Shown here piece by piece: positions 24,742 to 36,810 of a stretch of DNA of 64,000 nucleotides. The notes beneath the pieces were generated by a model, which did not search any database, had not been told where the DNA came from, and was given only the letters and a program-made list of their open reading frames with translations. The first letter of the stretch is position 1. Every line of letters begins with the position of its first letter. A program made the position numbers and the translations under genes. Source of the DNA: Cladosporium halotolerans (taxonomy: Eukaryota); the NCBI RefSeq assembly GCF_011745625.1, contig NW_027191468.1:62001-126000 (forward strand), written 5' to 3'.

Positions 24742-26122
24742 ATGGGTGCGTGCATGTCAAGCGGAGGGAACGATGAGGGCGACCAGAAGAAGCGCAGCCA
24801 GATGATTGACCGGGGATTGGAGGAGGACTCCAAGAAGCTGCGCCGCGAATGCAAGATTCTGCTGCTCGGTAAGGACGCTGCCACCACGCATGTGCTGCAA
24901 TGATGCCGCACGCGTTGGGCACCCATGTACTGCCAGTCGTGCTAACGGCCCCCTCACAGGCTCCGGAGAAAGCGGCAAGAGCACCATCGTGAAGCAGATG
25001 AAGATTATACACCAGAATGGCTACACGAATGACGAGCTCGCACTATACCGCCACACCATATACAAGAACCTGGTCGACTGCGCGAAAGCGCTCATAGGCG
25101 CCATGCGACAATTCGAGATCGAGGTCGAGAACCCGGCGAACAAAGAGCACTGCGACTTCTTGATGGAGTACTCGGTGGATCCTGATCCACATTCGGCCTT
25201 GGATCCTAGAGCAGGGCAGGCAGTCGCCAGTCTTTGGAAGGACCCTTGCATTTCAAAGGTGTTTGACCACGCGAATGAGTTCTACATGATGGACTCCGCT
25301 CCCTAGTGAGTGCTACTGATGTACTGAGGTTGCCAATCTTCGAGACTGACACTAGCACAGTTTCTTCGACGAAGTCGACAGAATTGCAGCGCCAGATTAT
25401 GCACCCACAGAAGCGGACGTCTTAAGAGCAAGAACCAAGACCACCGGTATCTACGAGACACGATTCCAGATGGGACAGCTCAGCATACAGTAACTAGACC
25501 ACGACGATGAGACGAGCATGTGCATTGTGCTGACCTCCTATTAGTATGTTCGACGTAGGCGGTCAGAGAAGCGAGAGGAAGAAGTGGATCCACTGCTTCG
25601 AGAACGTCACATCGATTATCTTCTGCGTGGCTTTAAGCGAATACGATCAAGTGCTGCTTGAAGAAAGCAGTCAGGTACGTGGTTCAAATTGACAGACAAG
25701 TGATGTATGCTGATATGCTGACCCTGCTTAGAACCGCATGATGGAATCTCTTGTACTCTTCGACTCAGTCGTCAACTCAAGATGGTTCATGCGAACATCC
25801 ATCGTTCTCTTCCTGAACAAAGTGGATCTCTTCCGGCAGAAACTGAAAAAGTCACCGCTGGGTGAATACTTCCCTGATTATTCAGGTGGAGACGATGTCA
25901 ACCGCGCTGCGAAATATCTCCTCTGGCGATTCAATCAAGTGAATCGTGCTCATCTCAACCTCTATCCACAGTAAGTTTTCGTGCCAGGTCTCCACAATTC
26001 GATCGTGCTAACAACCGTGCAGTCTTACGCAAGCAACCGATACCTCAAACATCCGCCTTGTCTTTGCCGCCGTCAAGGAGACCATTCTTCAAAACGCGCT
26101 CAAAGACTCCGGCATTTTATGA
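24742..26122 (+). CDS. Heterotrimeric G-protein alpha subunit, fungal group III (GanB/GNA-3/MagA-like); 6 exons
   Basis: MGACMS acylation signal, [51 protein letters not shown] and C-terminal KDSGIL. Introns at about 24869-24959, 25306-25360, 25490-25544, 25675-25731 and 25971-26022. Confidence 0.95.
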
Positions 26123-26603
26123 TGACCGCTGAGGTTTCACGAAATCTATCAGACTCTTCGACATTGGCCGCCTTTCAACACCAAACTATCAACCAAAAAA
26201 CGACACCCACCCGGGACAAAAAATCACCGATCTCTCACGCCCAGACGAAAACCCGCCATCTTTATACCTCTTATCTTTCAAGAAAGAAAGTCTTCTTTTT
26301 CTTCTCGCCAGCTTCAACCTAGGGAACCTTATTAGCGGGAGTTATATTGGCGCTCTCTCTTTGATTTCCGACCCCGAACGGACAGGACAGGCGGATTTGG
26401 TTCGGGACGGTCGATCTGCTTATACTCCTTTCACGCTGTTCTCCTTCTTTCCTCTGATCTGCTCTTCTTTCCTTTTTCTTGTGTCTCTTTTGGCCAAAGC
26501 ACTTGGTGAGGCTAGCAAGCTTGCTTTGGTGGTCTGTCTGTCTGCCTGTCTTACTGAACGACCGGATCCGTGGGAAAATGGGAAAAACATTATTGGAACC
26601 TGT

Positions 26604-26632
26604 TGCCGCTGCTGCTACTGCTGCTGCTGTTG
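26604..26632. repeat. Imperfect (CTG)n microsatellite downstream of the G-alpha gene
   Basis: TGCCGCTGCTGCTACTGCTGCTGCTGTTG read directly. Confidence 0.65.
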
Positions 26633-26912
26633 TGTCTCTGAGGTGGGCGGGGGGTTCTATCGTCGATTTAGTGTCGTGATCTTGAAATCTGTCTACTTCT
26701 GATATGCCGGCTTGATGGCAGCTCTCATGTCTCTCCGTGGCTGGTCCTGTCTCATCCGTCCCTGAATGCTCAAATCATTGATGAGACGGAAAACACCGAG
26801 TGATAAGCAAGTGAATGAGCGGATCCGAGGCACTACTCGCTTCGCACATGAACGGCTTCAAATGCCCACAAATTTCATTATATTGTAAGATATCGCGGCT
26901 TGTCGACCTCGT

Positions 26913-28439
26913 TCACACAGTAACCATGACACTAGCGTTCTTATACCACCCCAACAACGCATCCTCCCCGCTCCGCATCTGCGTCTCCTCCGGATAGCTC
27001 CACCGCGCGAAGAAGTCCTCGTGCGTCGAGACCCGCGTCAGCCGCCCCGTGATCGCGCGGTACACGTCCTCCATCACTCCAAAGTCCGTCGGGAACAGGA
27101 TGTCGAAGTAACCCTGCTGCACGAGCGGCGTCCGCACGGGCACCGTTTTCCGCTGGTACCGCGTCTGGACGACGGGGGCGTTGAAGCCCGGCGTCGCGTT
27201 GGGCAGCGAGTGGAAGTCGGACGTGATGAGCCGGTGCGCGGGGAAGTGCCGCGAGAGGATGTGGAAGAAGTGCATCAGGCGCGTCGGGATGTACTCGGGC
27301 AGCGTCAGGTTGGGCGCGAGCGGCATCCGGTGGCGCAGGTCGCGCACCCAGCGCGGGTTCTGCAGCGGGTGCGCGTACTTGCGGTCTCGCGAGGCGACGT
27401 CGCGGACTCGGAGGAAGCGAGATGCGACGGGGTCGAGCTGCTTGGTGTAGAACTCGTAGAAGTCGCCTTCGGCGTCGACGAGGACCTGGCCTTGCAGGGG
27501 CTCGTCGGTGAAGGGGTCGTAGCGGATGACGTCGTGCGCGAAGTTGTCGAAGACTTCCATGGCGAGGAAGAAGCAGGGCGTCGGGACGTACTGGTTCCAG
27601 TCGAAGATGGACTTGTTGATGATTTCGACCTTGTCGGCGTGCCCTTTGCTGGCCGCCTTTGTCTGGAGGGTTGCTAGAGATGCACTGATCTCGATGATGC
27701 GGAATTTGGTGCGCGCGTAGACATCTGGGTCGGTCGCGCGGATGTAGTCCAGGATGTTCAACATCAAGGTGCCGTTTCCGGCACCCATTTCGTAGATTAC
27801 AAGATCGTGGTAGGGGAATAGGCTGATCTTGTAGTTCGCGACCATATATCTCGCAATTGCCTCTGCATAGTACGGTTTGAACAGCTCAGTTGGGGTATGC
27901 CAGAGCTGCCTAGCCTCGTTGTATTCAATCTCGTCCAGTTTGTCCTCAAATTCTGTGTAGCGCTCTCCGAGTATGCGATGGAACTCCGGCTCGTCTCTGA
28001 TCTGATTGAATTCGAATGGCGCGCCCGAGCTGAAAATCGACACGTTTTTGCTGAAGTACCCGTAGTGCGGATTGTACAGACTGTCCTCGATAAAATCTCT
28101 CATGAGCATCTTGACTCGTTTGGGCCGCTCTTTTCGCGAGCGAAGCGCATCTGCCGTCACCATCGGGTATTTTTTGAACTCCTCTTGCCTGTCCTCCGGG
28201 AACGCATCCGTTCGCTGTTGCCAATTACTCTCGCTTGTCGTCTTGACATCCTTCCGTGATCGTGTCCTTGGAGCTGGCGGCGGTGGAGGTGCTGTTGTTC
28301 GTTTAGGGGAGGTGGGCTGTCCGGTGCTACTTTGGCGCCATTGCTGGTGGCAGACGACTGGCTGCAGGTGTCGGCTTTGTTGGCAGAAGCGGTGCGTCGC
28401 AAGACGTCGAAAGAGTCCGTTGACGGCTGGAGAGTCCAT
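26913..28439 (-). CDS. Mitochondrial SAM-dependent methyltransferase, NDUFAF7/MidA (DUF185) family
   Basis: Intronless 508-aa ORF with a basic presequence-like N-terminus and MRDFIEDSLYNPHYGYF, TPTELF, IYEMGAGNGT, MEVFDN and DILFPTDF motifs. Confidence 0.88.
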   Translation of the reverse strand: MDSPAVNGLFRRLATHRFCQQSRHLQPVVCHQQWRQSSTGQPTSPKRTTAPPPPPAPRTRSRKDVKTTSESNWQQRTDAFPEDRQEEFKKYPMVTADALRSRKERPKRVKMLMRDFIEDSLYNPHYGYFSKNVSIFSSGAPFEFNQIRDEPEFHRILGERYTEFEDKLDEIEYNEARQLWHTPTELFKPYYAEAIARYMVANYKISLFPYHDLVIYEMGAGNGTLMLNILDYIRATDPDVYARTKFRIIEISASLATLQTKAASKGHADKVEIINKSIFDWNQYVPTPCFFLAMEVFDNFAHDVIRYDPFTDEPLQGQVLVDAEGDFYEFYTKQLDPVASRFLRVRDVASRDRKYAHPLQNPRWVRDLRHRMPLAPNLTLPEYIPTRLMHFFHILSRHFPAHRLITSDFHSLPNATPGFNAPVVQTRYQRKTVPVRTPLVQQGYFDILFPTDFGVMEDVYRAITGRLTRVSTHEDFFARWSYPEETQMRSGEDALLGWYKNASVMVTV

Positions 28440-28701
28440 TGTTGTTCCGGGGCGTGTCGCAAAGCGCTGTCAAGCAACACCACAGCATAGAGGTGTTGTC
28501 GCTGGAGCTTTGCTCCGCGGAGGTGAAGCTGCCTCCAGTTCCCTCGCGGACAGACGCGATCGCAGGCCTTCAACCTCGTGTCTGTTTTGAAAAAGGCACT
28601 ATCACTTCGAAACCATTTAGCTGAAGAGCACACTTGTCTCTGCTATCATTGTATGGGCGCATAGTTGAGACGGCGCGAGAATTCCCAACATTGTAGGAGC
28701 T

Positions 28702-30131
28702 ATGGGCGTGTTCGCGGACGTGTGGGCCCAACTGTGGGCGAGTATGCTTGACAACAAGGGCAAACTCACTGCATCGGGCGGTTTCCTAGTCGGCATCATC
28801 CTAACCCTTACTTTCAAAGACCTCTACCCAGACCTAGAGCATTCTTTCCAGAAACGTATACGCAAGCTTCGCCACCAGGATGTCCGCCATCCATTGCCAG
28901 GACAGCCAGACTATGTCCGATTGGAAGATCACACTCGCAAGGCTTCCAAGGCTGTCATTGACAAGACTGACGCTAGGAGAAGCCAGGCGCCGGACGAGAA
29001 GCTGATCTCTGTCGGTATCGAAGGTCTCATCGGAAACACGCCACTGTTCAAGCTGAGGGCTCTTTCTGAGGAAACTGGATGTGAGATATTCGCAAAGGCT
29101 GAGTTTCTGAACGGCGCCGGAAACTCTCCTAAAGACCGCGTGGCGCTCTCAATGATCAACATGGCAGAAGAAGAAGGACTTCTGAAACCTGATCGCGGAG
29201 ACACTGTCTATGAAGGCACCGTTGGCTCCACCGGCATTTCTCTAGCTGCGGTCTGCCGAGCTAGAGGCTACAAAGCATACATGTGCGTGTTGTCAATCAT
29301 ACAATCATATACCAAGGCCATTTTATCTAATCTCCATATAGCTGTATGCCCAACGACGTTGCCACTGAAAAGTCAGACTTGCTGCTCAAACTGGGTGCAA
29401 CTGTTGAGCGTGTCAAGCCTGCTAGCATAGTCGATCAAGACCAGTTCGTGAATCTCGCCCGCCGTAGGGCTCAAGAGCACACAGACGATCCTAACAGACC
29501 CGGCCGCGGCATTTTCGCTGACCAGTTCGAGAACACTGCGAATTATTTGGCACACCAAAGCTCGACAGGACCGGAGATTTACGCGCAAACAAACGGTCAG
29601 TTAGATGTTTTCATTGCTGGTGCAGGCACGGGAGGCACGATCAGCGGTGTTGCATTAGCCCTCAAGCCGCTTCTGCCGCAGATGAAGGTTGTTCTTGCAG
29701 ACCCACAAGGCAGCGGTCTATACAACAAGATCAAATTCGGCGTTATGTTCTCTCCGACTGAGGCGGAGGGGACTCGTCGGAGGCACCAGATCGACACCAT
29801 CGTCGAAGGCGTCGGTGTCAACCGCTTGACGCAAAACTTCTCTGCTGGCATGGATTTGATCGACGACGCGGTCAAGGTCAGTGACGAGCAAGCCATGCGT
29901 ATGGCTAGATGGCTGGTGGAGAAGGAAGGTTTGTTCGTCGGAGCCAGCAGCGCAGTGAACTGCGTGGCCGCTGCTACCATTGCCAGGCAAGAAGGCCCGG
30001 GCAAGAGAATAGTCACAGTGATTTGTGACAGCGGCAACCGGCATTTGAGCAAGTTCTGGAAGGCAGCAGGCGAGATCGGAGGACAAGATGTTGAGTTCAC
30101 GCTCGATGAAATTCTTGAATTTAAAGGCTGA
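28702..30131 (+). CDS. PLP-dependent cysteine synthase-like protein (Mcy1/cys12-type, with N-terminal membrane segment); intron 29283-29341
   Basis: LIGNTPL, KAEFLN..SPKDRVA (PLP lysine), EGTVGSTGISLA, DQFEN, TGPEI, AGAGTGGT, VEGVG, GASSA and CDSG motifs. Confidence 0.92.
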
Positions 30132-31160
30132 GATTGCAAGAGTGTGACACGTTCAAGCGCTCAAGCCCCTCTTGATGCACACCGACGAATATAGCCACAT
30201 CTCCAAGAATGATCTGGCAAGGCTGGATGCACAGGGATCGACTTCTACGAATGCTCGGAGCACGCCCGGTCCATTGATTCGTCTCGACCATCGAACCCGT
30301 GCGTCACCAAGAAAGCGACACGAGAGCATGCAACATCTATGCTATTGCTCCAGCATCCATGACGAATATACAGAAGCGCAACATTACCTCCCCTCTGCTA
30401 CAATCCAGGTGCAATAAACCACTATTTGCGACGGAGCGTTAGATGAATGAACTTTCTGGTGCTTTGGCATGCTATGACACCTCGGAACACTTTACTTTAC
30501 CAACGTCAGCCATGGGTCGCTACAAACCCAATTTAACACTGGTGTGGTAATACTATCAGAGCCTACGGCAACATTTACAATGCAACACAAGGCCGCGATC
30601 GTAATGAATGCAACCGAAGAACTTCGAGCCTTCTCTACTGTTATTTCTCACACAACGAGCTGCTCTTGCGAGGCACTTCCATATGATCACATCGCATCTA
30701 CATTACATCAAGGTACGAATGAGATTCAGAGCAACAAATGCTTAAACTTGCAGCAACAACCCGCAATGAAAACCTAGGCGAATCACAGTATGCATGGCAT
30801 GGAGTTTCTGTATTTGGGAGTCCATTTACGAGACTAATGGTCCATTTATCAAATATACCTAATCAACCAAATGGTAGTTTAGTTTTCGATGGCTCTCTTT
30901 TGTGCGCATACCTTCAGCTTTTCATTTCTAGCCTCACATCTGCTCGTTCGGCTCATGAGGTGCTGTTCTCGGCAGCAAACAGCCGAGGCTGTGCTTGAAT
31001 CATCTCCAACTCCAACACCTCACGCAGTCCTTTCCATAGAACATCCAATCTTTGGATCAAGATATACAAATACATTGATAAATTCTCGCACATACTCGTC
31101 ATACTTGATCCTTCAATGTCGGCAAATGTGCTAGGCTAAACACGACTGTATTTGCATAGG

Positions 31161-33036
31161 ATGGCGCTCACTCCTGTGGTAGTCGGCGTCGGCGACTTCG
31201 TCAATAGGTCAAGGCTCGTTGAAGACGCAGTAGAACCCCTAGAACTTATGCTCAATGCGATCAAGGAGTCCATCAACGATACTTGCCTGCAAGATTCAGC
31301 CGCGAACGAGTTGCTGCTTGCTATTGACAGTCTCGATGTCGTTCGAACCTGGACATGGCCATATCCCGACCTGCCCGGGCTTATCGGTGATCGACTGGGT
31401 ATAGCGCCAAAAAGAAAGCACTACACTGATCACGGCGGCAATCAACCAGCACTTGTCTTCGATGAAGCTTCACGTAGAATTTCAAGGGGCGAGAGCAAAG
31501 TGGCGATCGTGACGGGAGGCGAGGCGTTGGCTTCCTGTAAGAATTTGGTCCCTTGTCCATCATCTCTTCGATGCTAACAAATCGGAGTGGCTTCATGTGC
31601 TGCAAAGAGACAGCTCCCTCCGCCAGGATGGTCACCAATCAAGGAATCCGTGAACGAGGTCTTCTCGCCAACCACACGAGAATTGAAGCCAGGTGCGTTA
31701 CCTGGCGCCTGGAAACCTCCCATCTCTGACACGTACACAGACTTGGGCTCGAAACATTCCATAGGAAACCCGATCCACATTTATCCCCTCTACGAGAATG
31801 GATTCCGTGCGTTTCGTGGACAATCAGTGTCCTCAAACAACCATGAGTCTGCCCTTCTCTATGAACAGTTCGCTAAGGTGGCAGAGGCAAACAAGTACGC
31901 TTGGAATTACGGCACAAAGGCAGAAACAACACAGAGTATTGGAACACCAAGTGCGAAGAATCGGATGATCTGCCACCCATGTTCGTTCAGCCGGAATCAA
32001 GCTAATGACATCTCAAGCTGACAACTATGTCAGACCCTCTGCTGATGAACGCCTTCAACAACATCAACCTTGCCGCAGCGTGCATAATCACGTCGACAGA
32101 CTTTGCTCGCGAATTAGGCGTGCCTGAAGAGAAATGGATCTATCCTCTTGGCGGCGCCGGTACTCAAGACAGTAGTGACTGTAAGAGATTCGCACCATTT
32201 GAGAAACCTGCACTTTATTGACAAATTGATACGCAGTCTGGCATCGCCCCGACTTCCACTCGAGCCCATCGATCACCCAATCTCTCACAGCGGCTCTCCA
32301 AGCGTCGAACATAAGCAAAGATGACATCGATCTTTTCGACTTCTATTCGTACGTGTCTATCTATCCGTACCTAAATTGCTTAAGGATTCACTGACAAACC
32401 TCCAGCTGCTTTCCAATCGTCCCCAAACTAGCCTGCCACCACCTCTCTCTCCCCACTATCAGCCCACCCAAGCCAATCACTCTTCTCGGTGGCCTCACGT
32501 CTTTCGGTGGTGCAGGGAACAACTACAGCATGCACGCTCTCACCGAGATGACACGTCAACTCCGGCAGAAGAAAGGCCAGACGGGCTTGGTCCTCGCTAA
32601 CGGTGGCGTGCTGACGTACCAGCATGTCGTCTGCCTCTCTTCTTCGCCGAGGAAAGACGGTAGTCCATACCCTTCGCGCAATCCTCTGCCTGACATACTG
32701 TCGAGCCCTGCGCCTGCGATTCAGGCTGAAGCGAAGGGCGCTGCCGTGATCGAGGTCAGTTAGCACTCTTTGTTGTAACGCTTGTGTTCGACGACTGACC
32801 CCGATCTCTAGACTTACACCGTGGAATATGCGCGCAATGGCGCTCCGAAGTGCGGCTATATTGTCGGCCGTCTGGCATCGAACAATCATCGTTTCATCGC
32901 CAATCACGCCGACGAGCATACGCTGCTGGCACTGAGCAGCATGACCGAGGAGCAAATCGGCAAGAAGGGCAAAGTATGGACGGTGGAGGGAGGCAGGAAT
33001 GTGGTTGCTCTTGAGGGCGAGGGAGCGAAGCTCTGA
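31161..33036 (+). CDS. Thiolase-like protein (TLP1-type acetyl-CoA acetyltransferase fold), multi-exon
   Basis: TPVVVGVG, HGGNQP, GGEALAS, NRMICHP..LLMNA, DFYSCFPIVPK, LLGGLTSFGGAGNNYSMHA, ANGG and a C-terminal ETYTVEY extra domain. About six short introns. Confidence 0.82.
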
Positions 33037-33170
33037 AAGACGAGGTAGATAGGATGACATCGGACGCAACTCAGACATGTCAACGACCAGAAAAAATCTC
33101 CCTTCATGTATGCGGGTATCATCATTCAAGAACTCGGTAGACCAATCGTACGAACTCAAAGAAATAAATG

Positions 33171-34838
33171 CTATCGTCCATGCTCTGCAGCCTCGTCCTG
33201 CGGGCCCACCTCGTCCTCTTCTTCGACGCCGTTCTCGACGCCTTGTCGTCGTCTCCGAGATCGCCACCACTCTACCCGCAGCATGTCACTGAACAACGCA
33301 CCCTGGCCCGACCGGCTATGTCTGCGACGTCGACCGCTCCGTGAACGCCTTCCTGAAGGCATGGTGTTCGAGCGTTGCAGAGCGGTACGAGGCTCTTCGG
33401 TGTCTGCGTCAGCGTTCTCGTCATCTTCCGTGCCGTCTGCGACAGCGACGTTCTGAGTGCTGCTTGAAAGCGGTCGCTCGCCTGCGGCTGATGCTGAAGC
33501 AGGGCGGGCAGAGCCTTCTGATGTGCGACGGTGGTTGGAAGCCTCGTGGTGATGGTCCGCGTCGTCTTCATCGTCATCGCCGTGGTGCTCCCAGATATTG
33601 TACACCTCTTTCAGGGTAGATGCGCGCTTGCGGCGCCTTGTAGTCGCGGGGGAGTGTGCGCTATTGCTGCCTCTGCCCGATCTGAACTTGCTGAGGAGCG
33701 GGCTTCTTTCACTGTGAGCCGAGCGCTGCAGATCTTCTTCTGATCCTGCTTCTTCGTCCGTGGGTGTGGAGGAGCCGGTGTCGGTGTCCGGTTCGCCGAC
33801 GAAGCCCATGCCCGGTGCAAGCACGGTTTGGGGGATTTCGGCTTGAGCCATTTGGTGATGGTGGTGATGGTGATCATCGTCGCAAGTGTCATCCTCGTCT
33901 TCGAGACGCCAACTAAGAGCCAGAACGCCCGACAGAAGAATGACCGTGCCGAGCGCGATGAGGCCGGCGTGGAGCGGCGGCAAGCGATCTGTCTGGCGGA
34001 AGTAGATCAATCCGTCCAAGATTGCGACAATGTTGTAAATACAAAATACGAAGGGATACAGAACGCTCGTCGAGACGAGCTTCAGTCCCAAGTGCAGGTA
34101 GTAGAGTTGTGTGAGAGCCAAGATTAGGAATGCGACCACGAGCAGCCAGCTTTGGTATGATCGGAATTCATTGACTCGGTCAGTCAGGCTCCTGACAATT
34201 AGCTCCACTGCGCTCTTCGCGAGAAGGAGAGAGTGCGCGGAAAGGATTCCCGAAAGCATTCCATATGCCATGCCACGTATCAATAGAATCTTCGGGCTGT
34301 CTCTTTTGTGAACGGCGATAAAATGCCGCAGGGAAAAGTCCATAACCAAAATGCCGACGACAAATACCAAAGATAGTATGAACCAGATCAGGAAGTTGGG
34401 CTCCCATAGCAGCAGCAGCAATTGTTGCAGGTTATGGCTCGGTTCCGGCAGCGCAGAGAACAGACTAATCAGTACAGCGCCTCCAGCGACCAATGCTGTG
34501 CCTGCCACAGTCCTCCAAGTCCAAGCCTCTTTCAGTATCAAACTGGCCATTATGCTGTTGAAGACCAAACCGGACGCTTGCAATGTGCTCAGCAACGGCA
34601 GCGGCAGAGTCGTGATTTGGATGGTGGACCCGACGATGTTCGCAATCAAGAACAGGAACATTCCGACCTGCCAGCGCCGACGGCGGTATGGTGCGCGACG
34701 TATTTCGGTGTCTTCCTTGCTGTCCTCGAGCATGTGCGACTTGCGTTGAAGTGTGAGGCCGATCGATTGTACACATGTTGACAATAAGCCGACAATGATG
34801 CCCAGCGCAACGCCGGCGCCGGGTGAGATATCGCCCAT
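33171..34838 (-). CDS. NIPA/DUF803-type DMT-superfamily (Mg2+) transporter with long acidic/His-rich tail
   Basis: About 9 hydrophobic helices; QSIGLTLQRKSH, WQVGMFLF, LLSTLQASGLVFN, LLAKSAVEL, QLYYLHLGL and LYPFVFCIYN motifs. Confidence 0.82.
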   Translation of the reverse strand: MGDISPGAGVALGIIVGLLSTCVQSIGLTLQRKSHMLEDSKEDTEIRRAPYRRRRWQVGMFLFLIANIVGSTIQITTLPLPLLSTLQASGLVFNSIMASLILKEAWTWRTVAGTALVAGGAVLISLFSALPEPSHNLQQLLLLLWEPNFLIWFILSLVFVVGILVMDFSLRHFIAVHKRDSPKILLIRGMAYGMLSGILSAHSLLLAKSAVELIVRSLTDRVNEFRSYQSWLLVVAFLILALTQLYYLHLGLKLVSTSVLYPFVFCIYNIVAILDGLIYFRQTDRLPPLHAGLIALGTVILLSGVLALSWRLEDEDDTCDDDHHHHHHQMAQAEIPQTVLAPGMGFVGEPDTDTGSSTPTDEEAGSEEDLQRSAHSERSPLLSKFRSGRGSNSAHSPATTRRRKRASTLKEVYNIWEHHGDDDEDDADHHHEASNHRRTSEGSARPASASAAGERPLSSSTQNVAVADGTEDDENADADTEEPRTALQRSNTMPSGRRSRSGRRRRHSRSGQGALFSDMLRVEWWRSRRRRQGVENGVEEEDEVGPQDEAAEHGR

Positions 34839-36393
34839 ATTGAATATGTATTGTCTGGTATTTTGGGCGAGGGGCGGTGTGTTGTTAAGTGGTTGTCGGG
34901 TGGAGGCGGCCGGTATTATCGCTGCGAGCGGTCCATGTTGTCAACGGTACGAGGCGAGTGCTTGCGACAGTAGCCGACAAGCGGACGGCAAGTTAATATC
35001 GAAGAGCTGAGTAGAACGAGCAAACACGGCCAGAAGCGTGTCGGCGAGCGCAGATGATGTGGGAATTGTGTGTTATGGCTTGGAACTCGTGACGACTCGC
35101 AACTGTCTCAGTGGCCGCATTGAGACAAGTGCGGCAAGCTGGAGGCGACGTCTGGGCCGATTGGTGCTGCGTCAGTGCCAGCGCCACCCAGGTGCCAGCC
35201 AGCCCGTGCCCGAACTCCAACGCCAACAACGAGCTTGCTACGAGCGATTGATAGAACAACCTCCATTGATCCAGAGAACCTAGATATATTGCGAAATCCC
35301 AAGTGAGACCTGCTTCTCATGCCTTGAAGTCTCGCTTTACAATAACTGAGGAATGCACACCACGCATAAACCCTATCCGATCAATTCGTGAGACTATCTT
35401 CTTTGAAACATCGCGTCTGCGTCCAGCAATCATACTCTGCCCACCTCATCGATCGCGGACTGCAGCTACGGGAGGCCGAAAATCCTGGTATCCATTCCAA
35501 AGGGCGGAGGAGAGGTCTCGGTTGTTGGCAGGGCGTCCGCTATGTGCTGGGAGGCGTCTCCGTCTGGTATTTCTCCGTACTCAAGCGGTATGTCTATACG
35601 GTTCTGTCGAGTCTCATAGCCGATACCAATTATATTACGGTAGAAGCAGGAAGGTGAATTGTCGCTTAAGATAGCTAATTTATAGGAATCGTCATCCTTC
35701 AGATGAAGTACCGACTGCTTCCTGGTCAAATATTGTCGCTTCCAACGTCGTGATAGCATACTCATTCGCATGAGAAGTCTAGTACGTCCAATAGCCCTTC
35801 ACGATCCCGAAGACCAAGTGAAGTAACCTGTCTCTACATGTTCCGTCGATGGAAGGGATTTCACCTCGGAGCATTGACTCGAAGCCCTGGCGTTGGATCT
35901 AAATGGCTTGTCTTCTCGCTCGAAGACTTTGTTCCACGGAAACAAGTGTAATTCGATCGGCTTGAAGTCATTCAGTACAATGGGTACTCCACCAGGTTGT
36001 TGTGTACTCGAACGGAAGAGACGACCTGCTTCTCTCCCTCGTTCCGTTCTATCAGTCCATTAATCCCTCCTGATCGTCTATCAATCTTAAGCGATAATCG
36101 TGAGGAGGTTTTTGACCCAAGTTACAAAGCGGCCTTGAAAGGTCCGGTGATTACCTGTGGCTACCACGGTGATCATTTGTGGAAGTAAGAGCATGATTGT
36201 GGTTCTTGGTCTTCTTTGATTTGGCTTCGGTATCTTTTTGTTGCTTTTGCCTTCTCTAATTGCAGCAGTCTTACATATGCAGAACGGAGATGCCCCTACT
36301 ACTTACCTACTAACGCCACAGCGATATACTAGAATGTAGAACGACATGATGAAATTAGACTTAGAGCTAGGGGCTTATTAACTTGTTCTGAGG

Positions 36394-36810
36394 CTAGGAT
36401 TGGGCAAGCCCCGATCCGACGAAAGCCATTGCTACTGACCCACCAACTAGGCCCCAAACGCCATTATCGAAGCCTCTTGGACCCTTTGCTGCAATCCATG
36501 TGTCCGTCACACATACTAGAGTCCATGCAGTCAGAATCACCCCCATAGCCTTTTGATTGCTCTCCCGATGAAACCAGATAAGGGCTCCTGCCACTGCAAT
36601 ATCACGGATACCAAGGAATTGCATGGCTTTGACGTTCATGAGCCGCCCCTCTTCTGTTGTCAAATTCGTAATTCCTAGAGATTCTGCTGCGGCCGACGGT
36701 GCAATTATCGAGAGTGCTCCGAGGCCAAAGACAAGGCCAGTGACGCCCAGACCCACATGTCGCCATGTTGAGTGGCTAAGTAAGCGGTTTGGAAAAGCCA
36801 TGTTGACCAC
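36394..36810 (-). CDS. Small integral membrane protein, DUF4267-like
   Basis: 138 aa with about four TM helices and LGIRDIAVAG and CVTDTWI motifs. Confidence 0.72.
   Translation of the reverse strand: MVNMAFPNRLLSHSTWRHVGLGVTGLVFGLGALSIIAPSAAAESLGITNLTTEEGRLMNVKAMQFLGIRDIAVAGALIWFHRESNQKAMGVILTAWTLVCVTDTWIAAKGPRGFDNGVWGLVGGSVAMAFVGSGLAQS

Noticed and set aside
24284..24805. Upstream ORF overlapping the G-alpha start
   Set aside because: The transcription start is unknown, and GC-rich low-complexity sequence readily gives such ORFs.
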